Part shown: piece by piece, positions 37,965 through 50,700 of the stretch
Numbering within the stretch: position 1 is the stretch's first letter
How the letters are laid out: the number at the start of each line of letters is the position of its first letter
Sequence record: OQ939939
Length of the DNA: 64,000 nucleotides
Reading direction: 5' to 3' (one strand)
Source: Escherichia phage SUT_E1620
Notes under the pieces: generated by a model
Databases searched by the model: none
What the model saw: only the letters and a program-made list of their open reading frames with translations
Told to the model about the DNA's origin: nothing
Made by a program: the position numbers and the translations under genes

Positions 37965-40900
37965 ATGACTGATAAGCTAATACGAGAACTACTTATAGAT
38001 GTAAAGCAGAAAGGGGCAACCCGTACTGCAAAATCTATTGAGAACGTTTCCGATGCGTTAGAAAATGCTGCTGCCGCTTCCGAACTGACTAATGAGCAGT
38101 TAGGAAAAATGCCCAAAACTCTTTACTCCATTGAGAGGGCGGCGGATAGAGCAGCTAAAAGTCTAACTAAAATGCAGGCTAGTAGAGGTATGGCTGGTAT
38201 CACTAAATCCATTGAAGGTATTGGTGATAAGCTAGATGATCTTGCCCTTGCTATGATCGAAGTATCTGAGAAGCTAGAGTCTGGATTTACACATGTGGGT
38301 AAATCTGTTAAGGCTATGGGTAACGATGTAGCTGCTGCAACCGAAAAAGTTCAAGATAGATTATATGATACTAACCGAGCACTAGGCAATACTGCTAGAG
38401 GCTTTAACGATACAACTACCTCCGCAGGACGTGCTAGTCGTGCAATTGGTAATACTTCTGGTTCAGCACGTGGTGCTACTCGTGACTTCGCAGCAATGGC
38501 TAAAGTGGGTGGTAGTTTACCTCTTATGTATGCTGCTATCGCGTCTAACGTGTTCGTTCTACAATCTGCATTCGAACAACTTAAGATGGGTGACCAGTTA
38601 AACCGTCTTGAGAAGTTTGGTACTATTGTTGGTACTCAAACAGGTACTCCTGTACAAACTCTAGCTAGATCTCTACAAGAGGCTGCTGGTTATGCAATCT
38701 CCTTCGAAGAAGCAATGAGACAGGCATCCTCTGCTTCTGCATATGGATTCGATGCTAAACAACTTAATAAATTTGGTCTAGTAGCTCGTCGTGCTGCTGC
38801 TGTTCTTGGTGTTGATATGACTGATGCACTTAACCGTGTAATCAAGGGCGTATCTAAACAAGAAATCGAACTTCTGGACGAACTTGGTGTTACTATTCGT
38901 CTTAACGATGCTTACGCAGACTATGTTAAACAGTTAAATGCTGCTAACACAGGTATTACATATAACGTTAATAGTCTCTCTACTTTCCAGAAGCAACAAG
39001 CATATGCTAACGCAGTTATCGCTGAATCTACTAAACGTTTCGGCTATCTTGATGATGTACTTCGTGCAACCCCCTGGGAACAGTTTGCTGCTAATGCTGA
39101 TGCTGCACTGAGAAAGGTTCAACAGGCTGCTGCTAAGTATTTAGGGCCAGTAATTGATTCTATCAACGCAGTGTTCTATACTTCTCAAGCATCTATCTCG
39201 GCCTCTGCTGCTAGAGCACAGGAAGAAACTAACCGCCAGATTGACCCAGCTAACGTTGGTGCTGTAGCTTTAAGTCTTTCCGCTTCTGAGGAAGGATATA
39301 ATAAAGCTCTTGATATGTACAAAGAATCTCTAGAAAAGCGTAATAAGTTAAAAGCTGATCTAGATAAGCGTATGGAACAGGCTGACTTCTTTACTGCAGG
39401 TGCAATTCGTTCTGTGGCTCAAGGTGTTCCGGTAAGTGCTGCGGCTCTTGGTGCTTCGGAGGAAAACAAGAAGTTCGTAGCTGAAACTGCTGCATTAGCT
39501 CTCCAGGTAGAGCGTCTTGATAAGGAAGTAGAGGATTCAACCGATAACTTAGGTGCATGGAAATCTGCATATCAAGCTGCTGGTGCTGCCGCAGCCAAAT
39601 CTAATACAGCATTCCAGAAGCAAATTAACCTACAGAAAGATGCAAATGACCCGGATGCGGTTTATGACTTTAACTCTGCAACTCTGAAAGGATTGACAGA
39701 ACAGCAGAAAGCGTATGACCAAGCTAAGAAAACTGCCAGTGACTTAGCTAACGATATCCAGAACATCGCTCAGAATACTAATACTGCGGCTAAAACTAGT
39801 GCATCCCTATCAGATACGATTAAGACTATTGAGTCTCTTTCTGCGGGTACTGGTAAAAATGCTGATGAGTATGTTAAGAGCCTGAACTTAGGGTATAATA
39901 CTCTTAGTGAGATGAAGACTGCTTCACAAGCTCTTGCTGGTTACGTAAAATTAACTGGTAATGAGACTAAGAATCAGTTAGAAGTTCAGCAGAAGATTGC
40001 AGAAGTATACAACCAGACTAAGGACAAAGAGAAAGCACAGGAAGCTGGTAGACGTCTGGAAATCCAACAGTTAGAAGAACAGGAAGCAGCTCTTAAGCGT
40101 GTCCTAGAAACTAACAAAGGTAACAAAGCAATCGAAGGTGAAATAGCTAAGATTCAGTTAGAACGTATCAAGATTACTAACCAGGGTATGGAAGCTCAGA
40201 AGAAGGTTAAGGACTATACCGATAAGATTCTTGGTGTTGATCGTGAAATTGCTCTCCTGAATAACCGTACTATGACAGATACTCAATATCGTTTAGCTCA
40301 GTTGAACCTTGAACTGACTGTCGAGAAAGAAAAGTATGAATGGTACTCCAAACAGGTTGATAAGCATAAGGAAGCTGAACAATCAAGACGTGCTCAGGCA
40401 CAAATTGAACGTGAAATCTGGAAATTCCGTCAGGATCAGCAAAGGGAAATGGCTGCTGGCAGGGAGGAGGAGCAACAAAGGAAGTTTACCGCAAATCCTT
40501 TAATGGGAGCTGCGGAACGTATCAAGGAGCAAATCCAGCTATTTGAAGACCTTAAGCAAAAAACTTTAGGGAATGCTGCTGCTCAGCTAGAGTATAACAA
40601 AAAACTGGCCGAAACTAGAGCCCAGCTCGCGGCTTTAAGAGTACAGCGCGATGCAGAAATGCAGTCTTCTGTAGGTGCGGCTGTAGGGGCTACGTATACT
40701 CCTACTACTGGATTAACTGGAGAAGATAAAAACTTCGCAGATATGCAGAATAGAATGGCATCCTACGACCAGGCTATTTCTAAGCTGTCTGAGCTGAACT
40801 CCGAAGCAACTGCTGTAGCACAAAGCATGGGTAACCTAACTAACGCTATGATCCAGTTCTCTCAAGGATCTCTGGATACCACTTCTCTAGTAGCGGCGGG

Positions 40901-41645
40901 TATGCAAACTGTATCTTCAATGATTCAGTATAGTGTTGGTCAACAGGTAAGTGCTATTGATGCAGCTATTGCAGCAGAACAGAAACGTGACGGTAAATCT
41001 GAGCAATCCAAAGCTAAGATCAAGAAGTTAGAGGCTGAAAAGCTCAAGATCCAGCAAGATGCAGCTAAGAAGCAAATCATTATCCAGACGGCAGTAGCGG
41101 TGATGCAAGCAGCAACAGCTGTTCCGTACCCATTCTCTATTCCTCTGATGGTTGCGGCTGGTTTAGCAGGTGCTATGGCTCTTGCTCAAGCATCCTCTGC
41201 ATCTGGTATGTCTTCTATTGGGGACTCTGGTGCTGAGACAGCTGGTTACTTAACTCTTGGAGAGCGCCAGAAGAACGTAGACGTTTCTATGTCGGCTAAC
41301 GCAGGTGAGCTTTCTTATATTCGAGGAGATCAAGGGATTGGTAATGCTAACTCTTTCGTACCCCGTGCAGAAGGTGGTAATATGTATCCTGGAGTTAGTT
41401 ACCAGATGGGTGAACATGGTACCGAAGTAATCACTCCTATGGTTCCGATGAAGGCTACTCCTACTGATGAACTCAAAGGATCTTCAAAGGGTACATCGGG
41501 TAGACCTATTGTGCTGAACATCAGTACGATGGATGCGGCTAGCTTCCGAGACTTTGCTTCGAGCAACAGTGCTGCTTTCAGGGATGCCGTAGAACAGGCT
41601 CTTAATGAGAATGGAACCACCCTGAAATCACTTGGTAATTCTTAA
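37965..41645 (+). CDS. tape measure protein
   Basis: 1226 aa; long alpha-helical Ala/Gln-rich coiled coil; hydrophobic segment near the C-terminus. Confidence 0.85.
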   Translation: MTDKLIRELLIDVKQKGATRTAKSIENVSDALENAAAASELTNEQLGKMPKTLYSIERAADRAAKSLTKMQASRGMAGITKSIEGIGDKLDDLALAMIEVSEKLESGFTHVGKSVKAMGNDVAAATEKVQDRLYDTNRALGNTARGFNDTTTSAGRASRAIGNTSGSARGATRDFAAMAKVGGSLPLMYAAIASNVFVLQSAFEQLKMGDQLNRLEKFGTIVGTQTGTPVQTLARSLQEAAGYAISFEEAMRQASSASAYGFDAKQLNKFGLVARRAAAVLGVDMTDALNRVIKGVSKQEIELLDELGVTIRLNDAYADYVKQLNAANTGITYNVNSLSTFQKQQAYANAVIAESTKRFGYLDDVLRATPWEQFAANADAALRKVQQAAAKYLGPVIDSINAVFYTSQASISASAARAQEETNRQIDPANVGAVALSLSASEEGYNKALDMYKESLEKRNKLKADLDKRMEQADFFTAGAIRSVAQGVPVSAAALGASEENKKFVAETAALALQVERLDKEVEDSTDNLGAWKSAYQAAGAAAAKSNTAFQKQINLQKDANDPDAVYDFNSATLKGLTEQQKAYDQAKKTASDLANDIQNIAQNTNTAAKTSASLSDTIKTIESLSAGTGKNADEYVKSLNLGYNTLSEMKTASQALAGYVKLTGNETKNQLEVQQKIAEVYNQTKDKEKAQEAGRRLEIQQLEEQEAALKRVLETNKGNKAIEGEIAKIQLERIKITNQGMEAQKKVKDYTDKILGVDREIALLNNRTMTDTQYRLAQLNLELTVEKEKYEWYSKQVDKHKEAEQSRRAQAQIEREIWKFRQDQQREMAAGREEEQQRKFTANPLMGAAERIKEQIQLFEDLKQKTLGNAAAQLEYNKKLAETRAQLAALRVQRDAEMQSSVGAAVGATYTPTTGLTGEDKNFADMQNRMASYDQAISKLSELNSEATAVAQSMGNLTNAMIQFSQGSLDTTSLVAAGMQTVSSMIQYSVGQQVSAIDAAIAAEQKRDGKSEQSKAKIKKLEAEKLKIQQDAAKKQIIIQTAVAVMQAATAVPYPFSIPLMVAAGLAGAMALAQASSASGMSSIGDSGAETAGYLTLGERQKNVDVSMSANAGELSYIRGDQGIGNANSFVPRAEGGNMYPGVSYQMGEHGTEVITPMVPMKATPTDELKGSSKGTSGRPIVLNISTMDAASFRDFASSNSAAFRDAVEQALNENGTTLKSLGNS

Positions 41646-41650
41646 TACTG

Positions 41651-41678
41651 GAGGAGGACTTTATGTCCTCCTTTTCTT
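41651..41678 (+). terminator. rho-independent terminator
   Basis: GAGGAGGAC-TTTAT-GTCCTCC hairpin plus T-rich tail. Confidence 0.5.
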
Positions 41679-41698
41679 TATGGAAAAATAAAAATTTC

Positions 41699-41727
41699 TT
41701 GATAAAATTTTCCAATCCTATTATAAT
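41699..41727 (+). promoter_or_regulatory. sigma70-type promoter
   Basis: TTGATA-17-TATAAT upstream of the gene at 41754. Confidence 0.45.
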
Positions 41728-41753
41728 ATTGTTATTAAGAGGAGAAATTAACT

Positions 41754-42368
41754 ATGAGACTACCAGACCCATACACGAACCCAGAGCTATCAGGGTTAGG
41801 TTTTGAAAGCGTTAACTTAGTAGACAATGACCCTATGATTCGTGATGAATTACCTAATGGTAAAGTTAGGGAGGTTAAGGTGTCTGCTCAATATTGGGGT
41901 ATTAATATCTCTTATCCAGAATTATTCCCAGATGAATTTGCTAAATTAGACTCATTCATTCTAGATTATAAAAGAACAGGTAGCTATATTGATGTGTTAT
42001 TACCACAATATGAAGCTTTCCGAGTTCGTGGTGATACTAGTGCTGTAAATATTCCTGCTGGACAAAAAGGTTCAACAGTTATTATGGACACTAAAGGTAC
42101 ACTTCGTGGACTGCCTAAACCAGGCGATTTATTTAAATTGTCCAACCATCCAAAAGTGTACAAAATCACTTCTATCAACACAGCAGGAAATACTTGGAAT
42201 ATAAGTGTTTATCCTGATCTATTCATTACTACTACGGGTAGTGAGAAACCGGTATTTAATGGTATTCTGTTTAGAACTAAATTAATGAACGGAGACAGTT
42301 TTGGCTCTACGTTAAATAGTAATGGTACATATACTGGTATTTCACTTTCCTTGAGGGAAAGTCTATGA
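41754..42368 (+). CDS. distal tail protein (pb9-like)
   Basis: 204 aa; follows the tape measure gene. Confidence 0.45.
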   Translation: MRLPDPYTNPELSGLGFESVNLVDNDPMIRDELPNGKVREVKVSAQYWGINISYPELFPDEFAKLDSFILDYKRTGSYIDVLLPQYEAFRVRGDTSAVNIPAGQKGSTVIMDTKGTLRGLPKPGDLFKLSNHPKVYKITSINTAGNTWNISVYPDLFITTTGSEKPVFNGILFRTKLMNGDSFGSTLNSNGTYTGISLSLRESL

Positions 42369-45214
42369 AGAAAATTCTTGACAGTGCAAGAGAGTATCTA
42401 AGAACCAATAATAAAATAAAAACTGCATGCCTTATTACTCTTGAATTGCCAAGCTCTACTGGATCAAGTTCTGCGTACATTTATCTTACAGACTATTTTA
42501 GGGATGTAATTTATAATGGTATTCTTTACACATCCGGTAAAGTTAAGTCTATAACAACACATAAACAAAATAGAAAACTTTCCATCGGTAGCCTTTCTTT
42601 TACTATAACAGGTACTGCTGAGGATGAAGTATTAAAACTAGTCCAAAATGGTGTATCCTTCCTAGATAGATCCATCTCAATCCATCAAGCGGTTATTGAT
42701 GAAGAAGGTAACATTCTTCCTGTAGATCCAGACACTAATGGTCCTTTACTTTACTTCCGTGGTAAAATCACTGGTGGTGGTATTAAGGACAACATTGGTA
42801 CTTCTGGAGTTAGTACATCTATTATTACATGGAACTGTTCAAACCAATTCTATGACTTTGATAGAGTAAACGGACGTTTCACAGATGATGCTGACCATAG
42901 GGGGCTTGAGATTGTTGCTGGCCAATTAGTTCCCTCTAATGGTGCTAAGCGACCTGAATATCAAGAAGACTACGGGTTCTTCCACGCTAACAAGAGTATC
43001 TCTATTCTTGCTAAGTATCAGGTTCAGGAAGAACGTTATAAGTTACAATCTAAGAAAAAATTATTTGGTCTTTCTAGAAGCTATAGTCTAAAGAAATATT
43101 ATGAGACTGTAACTAAGGAAGTAGATCTTGATTTTAACTTAGCTGCTAAATTCCTGCCAGTAGTATATGGAGTTCAGAAAATTCCTGGAATCCCAGTATT
43201 TGCAGATACTGAACTGCATAATCCTAATATTGTATATGTAGTATACGCTTTCTGTGAGGGTGAGATTGATGGATTTCTAGATTTCTACTTTGGTGATGTA
43301 CCAATGATCTGTATTGATCCTAATGATAGTAAGTCTCGTACTTGCTTTGGTACTAAGAAAGTAGCTGGTGATACCATGCAACGTATTGCTTCTGGTCAAC
43401 CAAGCTCTGAACCTTCTGTTCATGGACAGGAATATAAGTATAATGATGGTAATGGCGATATCCGTATCTGGACTTATCATGGTAAGGCTGATCAATCTGC
43501 CGCTGATGTTCTAGTTAACATTGCAAAAGAGAAAGGTTTCTATCTACAGAACATGAATGAGAATGGACCGGAATACTGGGACTCTCGTTATAAACTGTTA
43601 GATACTGCTTATGCTATTGTTCGCTTTACTATTAATGAAAACAGAACAGAAATTCCAGAAGTTAGCGCTGAAGTTCAAGGTAAGAAGATTAAGATCTATC
43701 ATTCAGATGGTAGAGTAACTGCTGATAAGACTAGCTTAAATGGTATATGGCAAACTCTGGACTACCTAACCTCTGATCGCTACGGTGCTAATATCACTAT
43801 CGATCAGTTCCCACTCCAGCAACTTATTCAAGAAGCAGCTATTTTGGATATCATTGATGAATCCTATCAGGTTTCTTGGCAACCCTATTGGAGATACGTT
43901 GGATGGACTGATGCTGTAGGAGAGAATAGACAAATAGTTCAAATGAACACTATTCTCGATACCTCTGAGTCAGTATTTAAAAACGTGCAGGGATTAATAG
44001 AGTCTTATGGTGGTGCTATCAACAACTTATCTGGTCAATATAGAATAACTGTTGAGAAGTTCTCAAACACCCCATTAGAGATTGACTTCTTAGATACCTA
44101 TGGTGATCTGGAATTGTCAGATACTACTGGTAGAAATAAATTCAACTCAGTACAAGCCTCTATACTAGATCCTGCATTAAGCTGGAAAACTAACTCCATT
44201 ACATTCTTTAACTCTATATTTAAGGAACAAGATAAAGGGTTAGATAAAAAACTTCAACTTTCTTTTGCAAATATCACTAACTACTATACTGCGCGTAGCT
44301 TTGCAGATAGAGAACTGAAAAAGTCTCGTTACTCACGAACTCTTACGTTCTCGTTACCATATCATTTCATAGGTATTGAGCCTAACGATCCGATTGCTTT
44401 TACATATGGTCGTTATGGTTGGGATAAGAAATACTTCCTAGTTGATGAAGTTGAAAACTCTAGAGAAGGTAAGATTAATATTACACTGCAAGAGTATGGT
44501 GAGGATGTATTCATTAACTCCGAGCAGGTTGATAATAGTGGTAACGATATCCCTGATGTTAGTAATAACGTACTGCCTCCTAGAGACTTTATGTACACAC
44601 CAACACCGGGTGGACAAGTAGGATCTATTGGTAAGAATGGTGAGTTATCTTGGCTTCCTAGCTTAACTAATAACGTTGTTTATTACTCCATCGTTCATTC
44701 AGGGCATGCTGATCCTTATATCATACAGCAACTAGAAACTAATCCAAATCTACGAATGATCCAAGAAATTATTGGAGAACCTGCTGGTTTAGCAGTCTTT
44801 GAGATTAGAGCTGTAGATATTAATGGTAGACGAAGTTCTCCTGTAACATTATCGGTAGAACTTAACTCTGCTAAAAACTTAAGCGTCGTTAGTAATTTCA
44901 GGGTTACTAACACAGCTTCAGGAGATGCATCGGAGTTTGTAGGACCAGACGTTAAGTTGGCCTGGGATAGAATTCCAGAAGAAGATATCATTGATGGAAT
45001 CTTCTACACTCTCGAAATCTACGATAACCTAGATCGTTTATTAAGAAGTGTACGAATTGAAGATCAGTATGTCTACGATTATCTACTGATATACAATAAG
45101 GCAGACTATGCTCTTCATAACGAGGATGCTCTAGGTATTAATAGGAAGTTACGCTTCCGTATAAGAGCAGAAGGTGATAATGGCGAGCAATCTGTGGATT
45201 GGGCATCTATTTAA
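42365..45214 (+). CDS. baseplate hub / tail tip protein (pb3-like)
   Basis: 949 aa, the size I recall for T5 pb3; position. Confidence 0.55.
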   Translation: MKKILDSAREYLRTNNKIKTACLITLELPSSTGSSSAYIYLTDYFRDVIYNGILYTSGKVKSITTHKQNRKLSIGSLSFTITGTAEDEVLKLVQNGVSFLDRSISIHQAVIDEEGNILPVDPDTNGPLLYFRGKITGGGIKDNIGTSGVSTSIITWNCSNQFYDFDRVNGRFTDDADHRGLEIVAGQLVPSNGAKRPEYQEDYGFFHANKSISILAKYQVQEERYKLQSKKKLFGLSRSYSLKKYYETVTKEVDLDFNLAAKFLPVVYGVQKIPGIPVFADTELHNPNIVYVVYAFCEGEIDGFLDFYFGDVPMICIDPNDSKSRTCFGTKKVAGDTMQRIASGQPSSEPSVHGQEYKYNDGNGDIRIWTYHGKADQSAADVLVNIAKEKGFYLQNMNENGPEYWDSRYKLLDTAYAIVRFTINENRTEIPEVSAEVQGKKIKIYHSDGRVTADKTSLNGIWQTLDYLTSDRYGANITIDQFPLQQLIQEAAILDIIDESYQVSWQPYWRYVGWTDAVGENRQIVQMNTILDTSESVFKNVQGLIESYGGAINNLSGQYRITVEKFSNTPLEIDFLDTYGDLELSDTTGRNKFNSVQASILDPALSWKTNSITFFNSIFKEQDKGLDKKLQLSFANITNYYTARSFADRELKKSRYSRTLTFSLPYHFIGIEPNDPIAFTYGRYGWDKKYFLVDEVENSREGKINITLQEYGEDVFINSEQVDNSGNDIPDVSNNVLPPRDFMYTPTPGGQVGSIGKNGELSWLPSLTNNVVYYSIVHSGHADPYIIQQLETNPNLRMIQEIIGEPAGLAVFEIRAVDINGRRSSPVTLSVELNSAKNLSVVSNFRVTNTASGDASEFVGPDVKLAWDRIPEEDIIDGIFYTLEIYDNLDRLLRSVRIEDQYVYDYLLIYNKADYALHNEDALGINRKLRFRIRAEGDNGEQSVDWASI

Positions 45215-47272
45215 ATGATTTCGAATAATGCACCAGCCAAGATGGTCTTAAATAGTATTATGACTGGATATACTATGGCGTATATCCAGCATTCTATCTA
45301 TACCGACTACGATGTTATCGGTAGATCATTCTGGCTTAAACTTGGCGAAGAAGTGGATAGAAGAGATTTCACTGGAATCGACACTTTCTTTGTTATGATC
45401 AATAACTTAACTCCCTCAACTACCTACCAGGTTCAGGGAGCTTTTTATGACTCAATTATTGACTCAGAACTTTTAAATGCAAAAATTGGTATTAACCTCT
45501 CTAATGAAACTAACTTTAAAACAAAAGAGAAGCCAATAATTGTTGCAGCAAGATCTGAGTCAGAACCTGTGGATGTTGGGGTGGGCGCACCAATAGTTGT
45601 TGTGGAAACAACTGGTGAAGCAAGCTACTGTACTATTGAGTTAAAAAGTACAGCCACTGAAGACAGTCCATGGACTAAATATTATATTGGGGCTTTAGGT
45701 TCTACTATTAAATTTGGTGGAGTTCCTATCGGAGATTATAAGATCAGAATATCTGGTCAAGTAACTATGCCTGATGGTGTTACAGTTGATTCTTCTGGAT
45801 ACTATGAGTTCCCTAATATTCTAACTGTAGCCTATAACTTTGTTCCTCCTACGGCACCTATCGATATTGTTTTTAAAGCTGCACGAATTGCTGATGGTAA
45901 AGAACGATATGATGTTAGAATTGAGTGGGACTGGGAACGTGGTGCTGGTGCTAACGTTCGTGAGTTCTTGGTTACTTATATAAACTCCGAGGAATACGCT
46001 AAAACCGGATGGGCTAAAGCTCAAAAGATAAACGTGGGTGCTGCTAGAGCTGCTACGATTATATCATTCCCATGGAAAGTTGAGTATACTTTTAAGGTAT
46101 CATCAATTGCCTGGGGACCAAATAAGCAAGATATAACAGAATCAGCTCCTGTAACATTTATATTGAATGAAGATACTCCTCTAGACAACAGCTTTGTCAA
46201 TGAGACGGGTATTGATGTTAACTACGCCTTTATTAAGGGCAGCATGAAAGATGGGGAAATCTGGAGACAGACATTCTTAATTGATGCAGCTACTGGTGCT
46301 ATTAACATTGGTCTGCTCGATGAAGAAGGAAAAACACCTATTTCTTTCGACCCTATAAACCGTGTTGTTAACGTTGATGGTAAAGTAATTACTAGAGATA
46401 TTAATGCTGCGAACTTTATCATGACTAACTTATCAGATAAAGATAACCCAGCAATTTATACTCAAGGTAAATCTTGGGGAGATAATAACTCTGGTATTTG
46501 GATGGGTATGGATAATACCTCTGCCAAAGCTAAACTAGACATTGGTAATGCTACACAATGGATACGTTATGATGGTACTACTCTGCGTATTTCTAGTGGT
46601 GTAGTAATTGGAACACCAAATGGTGACGTAGATATTGGAACTGGTTTACAGGGTAAGCAAACAGTATTTGTTTATAAGTTAGCAACATCTTTACCGGCCA
46701 AACCGCTAGAACAAGATTATCCACCTCCTGGTTGGTCAAAAACTCCACCTAACCGTACAGATATGACACAAAATATCTATGCGACTACAGGTACACTTGA
46801 TCCAGTTACTAACAAACTTCTTGAAGGTACTAGCTGGTCTGATGTAGTTCAGTGGAGTGGTACTGAAGGTACTATAGGACATGATGGACAGCGTGGTCCT
46901 GGGATGTACTCCATGGGTATTCCTGGATTAGGTGGTTGGGATGATGGACAGGCTAACGCATTCTTCCAAAATAACTTTGGAAAACCCCCGGTTAAGTATG
47001 ATGTTCTAACACAATTTAACAGTAATGCTCCACAAACAGCATTTACCCGCCAATGGAACGGGGCTGGATGGATTAACCCTGCAATGGTTCTTCATGGAAA
47101 CATGATTGTCAATGGAACTGTAACTGCTGATAAGATTGTGGCAGGAAATGCCTTCTTATCACAAATCGGGGTTAATATAATCTACGATAGAAATGCTGCG
47201 TTATCAGGGAACCCTGAAGCATACTACAAGATGAAGATAGACCTAAATAGTGGGTATATCCATATAAGGTAA
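45215..47272 (+). CDS. central straight fibre protein (pb4-like)
   Basis: 685 aa; position. Confidence 0.45.
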   Translation: MISNNAPAKMVLNSIMTGYTMAYIQHSIYTDYDVIGRSFWLKLGEEVDRRDFTGIDTFFVMINNLTPSTTYQVQGAFYDSIIDSELLNAKIGINLSNETNFKTKEKPIIVAARSESEPVDVGVGAPIVVVETTGEASYCTIELKSTATEDSPWTKYYIGALGSTIKFGGVPIGDYKIRISGQVTMPDGVTVDSSGYYEFPNILTVAYNFVPPTAPIDIVFKAARIADGKERYDVRIEWDWERGAGANVREFLVTYINSEEYAKTGWAKAQKINVGAARAATIISFPWKVEYTFKVSSIAWGPNKQDITESAPVTFILNEDTPLDNSFVNETGIDVNYAFIKGSMKDGEIWRQTFLIDAATGAINIGLLDEEGKTPISFDPINRVVNVDGKVITRDINAANFIMTNLSDKDNPAIYTQGKSWGDNNSGIWMGMDNTSAKAKLDIGNATQWIRYDGTTLRISSGVVIGTPNGDVDIGTGLQGKQTVFVYKLATSLPAKPLEQDYPPPGWSKTPPNRTDMTQNIYATTGTLDPVTNKLLEGTSWSDVVQWSGTEGTIGHDGQRGPGMYSMGIPGLGGWDDGQANAFFQNNFGKPPVKYDVLTQFNSNAPQTAFTRQWNGAGWINPAMVLHGNMIVNGTVTADKIVAGNAFLSQIGVNIIYDRNAALSGNPEAYYKMKIDLNSGYIHIR

Positions 47273-47277
47273 TTATA

Positions 47278-47700
47278 ATGAGTACAGAAAACCGAGTTAT
47301 TGATATTGTTGTTGATGAAAAAGTACCTTATGGTCTTATCATGCAATTTATGGATGTTGATGATAGCGTATATCCACCAACAGAAGTTCCTGTTAACTTA
47401 ACCGGATATTCACTCCGAGGAACTATTAAATCTAGCTTAGACGAGAACGCCGAGGTTCTAGCTAACTTTAAAACTCGTGTTATTGATGCTGCTCAAGGTG
47501 CTGCTGCAATTAGTCTTTCTGTTGCAGACGTTACTAATATTGGTGAAAAAGCATCTAAAGAACGTGATAAGTATAACCCAAGACAACGTTTTGCTGGTTA
47601 TTATGATATCCTAATGACTCGTGATGTAATTGGCTCTGAAGTCAGTTCTTTCCGTATTATGGAAGGTAAAGTATACATCAGCGATGGAGTAACTCAATAA
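47278..47700 (+). CDS. tail collar protein (p132-like)
   Basis: 140 aa; position before the fibre genes. Confidence 0.4.
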   Translation: MSTENRVIDIVVDEKVPYGLIMQFMDVDDSVYPPTEVPVNLTGYSLRGTIKSSLDENAEVLANFKTRVIDAAQGAAAISLSVADVTNIGEKASKERDKYNPRQRFAGYYDILMTRDVIGSEVSSFRIMEGKVYISDGVTQ

Positions 47701-50700
47701 TGGCACTTAAAACTAAAATTATTGTACAGCAGATTCTGAACATAGATGACACTACAACTACTGCTAGTAAGTATCCTAAGTATACAGTAGTTTTAGGTAA
47801 TTCTATCAGTTCTATTACTGCTGGTGAACTAACAGCGGCTGTTGAAGCCGCTGCAGAGTCTGCTGCTGCTGCTAAAGATTCTGAAATAGCAGCTAAAGAC
47901 TCTGAAAATAAAGCTAAAGATTCGGAAATTCAAGCGGGTATTCATGCTGGTGCTTCTGAGGCTTCAGCAACCCAGTCTGCTGCTTCTGCTGCTGAATCTG
48001 AAAGACAAGCTAACTTATCTCAAGGTAGTGCGGAAAACTCTGCTGCTTCTGCTTTAGAATCTAAGAATTTTAAAGATGCTTCGGAACTTGCTGCTCAAAA
48101 TGCAGAGCAGAGTAAGATTTTAGCAGAGCAAGCTCAAAGAGCGGCAGAAGCTGCCCAGTCTGGTGCTCAAGCTTCTGAAAATAAAGCATCAGCATTTGCT
48201 ACACAAGCTGCTGCATCTTCAGCTTCCGCAGGAGATTTTGCTGCAGCCGCTAAACAATCTGAATTAAATGCTAAAACTTCTGAAACCAATGCCGCAACAT
48301 CAGAAGTGGAAGCGGAAACCCAAGCTGAAACTGCTACTACTGAGGCAAATCGTGCTAAGGCTGAAGCCGATCGCGCAGCTCAGATTGTAGATAGTAAGTT
48401 AGATAAAGAAGATATATCTGGCTTTATCAAAGTCTACAAGACTAAAGAAGAAGCGGACGCCGACGTTAGTAGCCGCGTACTAGGTGAAAAGATCCTAGTG
48501 TGGAACCAAACTGACTCAAAATATGGATGGTATAAAGTAGCTGGAACTGCTGAGGCTCCAGTATTAGAGTTAGTAGAGACAGAGCAAAAGCTAGTTTCTA
48601 TTAATAACGTTCGTGCAGATGACGCAGGTAACGTACAGATTACTCTTCCTGGTGGTAATCCTTCCTTATGGTTGGGTGAAGTTACTTGGTTCCCTTATGA
48701 CAAAGATTCAGGTGTTGGCTATCCTGGTGTTCTCCCTGCTGATGGCCGCGAAGTCCTTCGTGTAGACTATCCAGATACGTGGGAGGCTATCGAAGCCGGT
48801 CTGATTCCTTCTGTTACTGAAGAACAATGGCAAGCTGGTGCAACTCTCTATTTCTCCACTGGTAATGGTACTACTACTTTCCGTCTACCTGATATGATGC
48901 AGGGGCAGGCATTCCGTGCTGCTGCAAAAGGCGAGGAAAACGCTGGCAATATTAAAGAGCAAATTCCGTACATTACTATGATTAACGGTAAAGCTCCTGC
49001 TGACGATGGTACAATTACTTTAGGTAATGCTGCAGATAAAAACGTATGGAATGGTGTTGATGGTGAGGTATTACTAAGAGGTGCTTTTGGTCTTGGTGGT
49101 ACTGGTTTAATCCTTAATGAACCTGATGCCGTTTCCTTCTTTAAAGCAATGCGTGCTTTTGGTTCTGGATACTATAGAAATGACTCTGAAAGTAACCCAG
49201 TGATTCCTAAGTATTCTGCTGGATTCTACTCCAAAACTGCCGACACTCATACTTTTATCTGTTCTGCTTATGGTAATGGTGTTACTTTCGTAGCTACTAT
49301 AAATGATGCATTATTAGATGGAGAAAATCCTACTGTACATACAAATATTCTTTATGGTACAGCAAATAAACCTGATCTGAATACCGATACTCAAGGAGTT
49401 TTAGGAGTAGAGAAGGGCGGTACTGGTGCTACTACACAGAAAGGTGCTAGACTAAATCTGGATACTCCTGTAGGCAGCAGAGCTATTGGAATGCCTAATA
49501 ACTCTGATGTACTAGCTTTCATGAAATCTTCCGCAGAAAGCGGATATTATTCCTCTGGTAATATAGTTACTGGAGTTCCAGAAACTGCAGGATGGTATAT
49601 GTTCGATCTCCATGTACATGGTAAGAATGCTGCGGGAGAAATGGAGTATGGTAATGTATACTGTACAACAAGTGCTGGTGCTATTTGGTACACCTTAATG
49701 GAGGTTGGTGTATGGCAGCCATGGAGACGTTTGACCACAGAACATGGTATTATTCCTATTACTTCAGGGGGTACTGGTACAAATAATGCAAATGACGCAA
49801 GAATAAATCTAGGTCTTGGTCCTATAAATGCACCTACTTTTAGTGGTATGACTCTTCAGGGTACTAATGAAACTACTTCAGGTATAGCGGTTTTTAGTAA
49901 TAGAAATACGGAAGGGACTCAACTTTCCTATTCTAGAATGTACCATGAAATTCAGAGTGGTGTTGGTAAAACTACTATTCAGACTACAAGAGAGGGCGGG
50001 GCGACTAACTATTTCCAAATTGATGAGTATGGTAATATTGGGAATATTAACTCAATTATTGCATATGGATATATGGGATTAGGTGCTGCTAATGCTATGG
50101 GAAATGCCTCTATTGCGATTGGTGACTCTGACTCTGGGCTAAAATGGAATAGTGATGGTAACATAAGTACCATAGCAGATGGTGTAAAAATAGCCACATG
50201 GACACCTCATGGATTTTATACACATAAAATAATAAGCTCAGATGTTGCTAATACCGAAAGAGGGATGTATGTAAACGGGGTTAGGACTACCGGTGCCTCC
50301 GCTCTTGTAGCTGGGGTTGTAGAAGCTGGATCTCATGTTGGTTGGAGAGATAGAGCTTCAGGTATGCTTGTTGAATTGAATACTAGAGGAGCTGCTGCCA
50401 ATATCTGGAAAGCAACTAGATGGGGTGATCAACATGCTGGTGCATCTGACATCGTTATTTATGATGATGGATCTCCTTATTATAGAACTCTTGTAGGCGG
50501 TGGTGAATTTGGGTTCAATGGCCTTGGACAAGCTACCTGTACTTCTTGGATTAGTACATCTGATATTAGGCTTAAGGCACAGCTAAAAGAGATAGTATCT
50601 GCTAAAGATAAGGTAAAATCCCTACAGGGGTACACTTATTTTAAACGTAATAGTTTGGTTGAAGATGAGCATTCTTTTTATTGTGAAGAGGCAGGATTAA

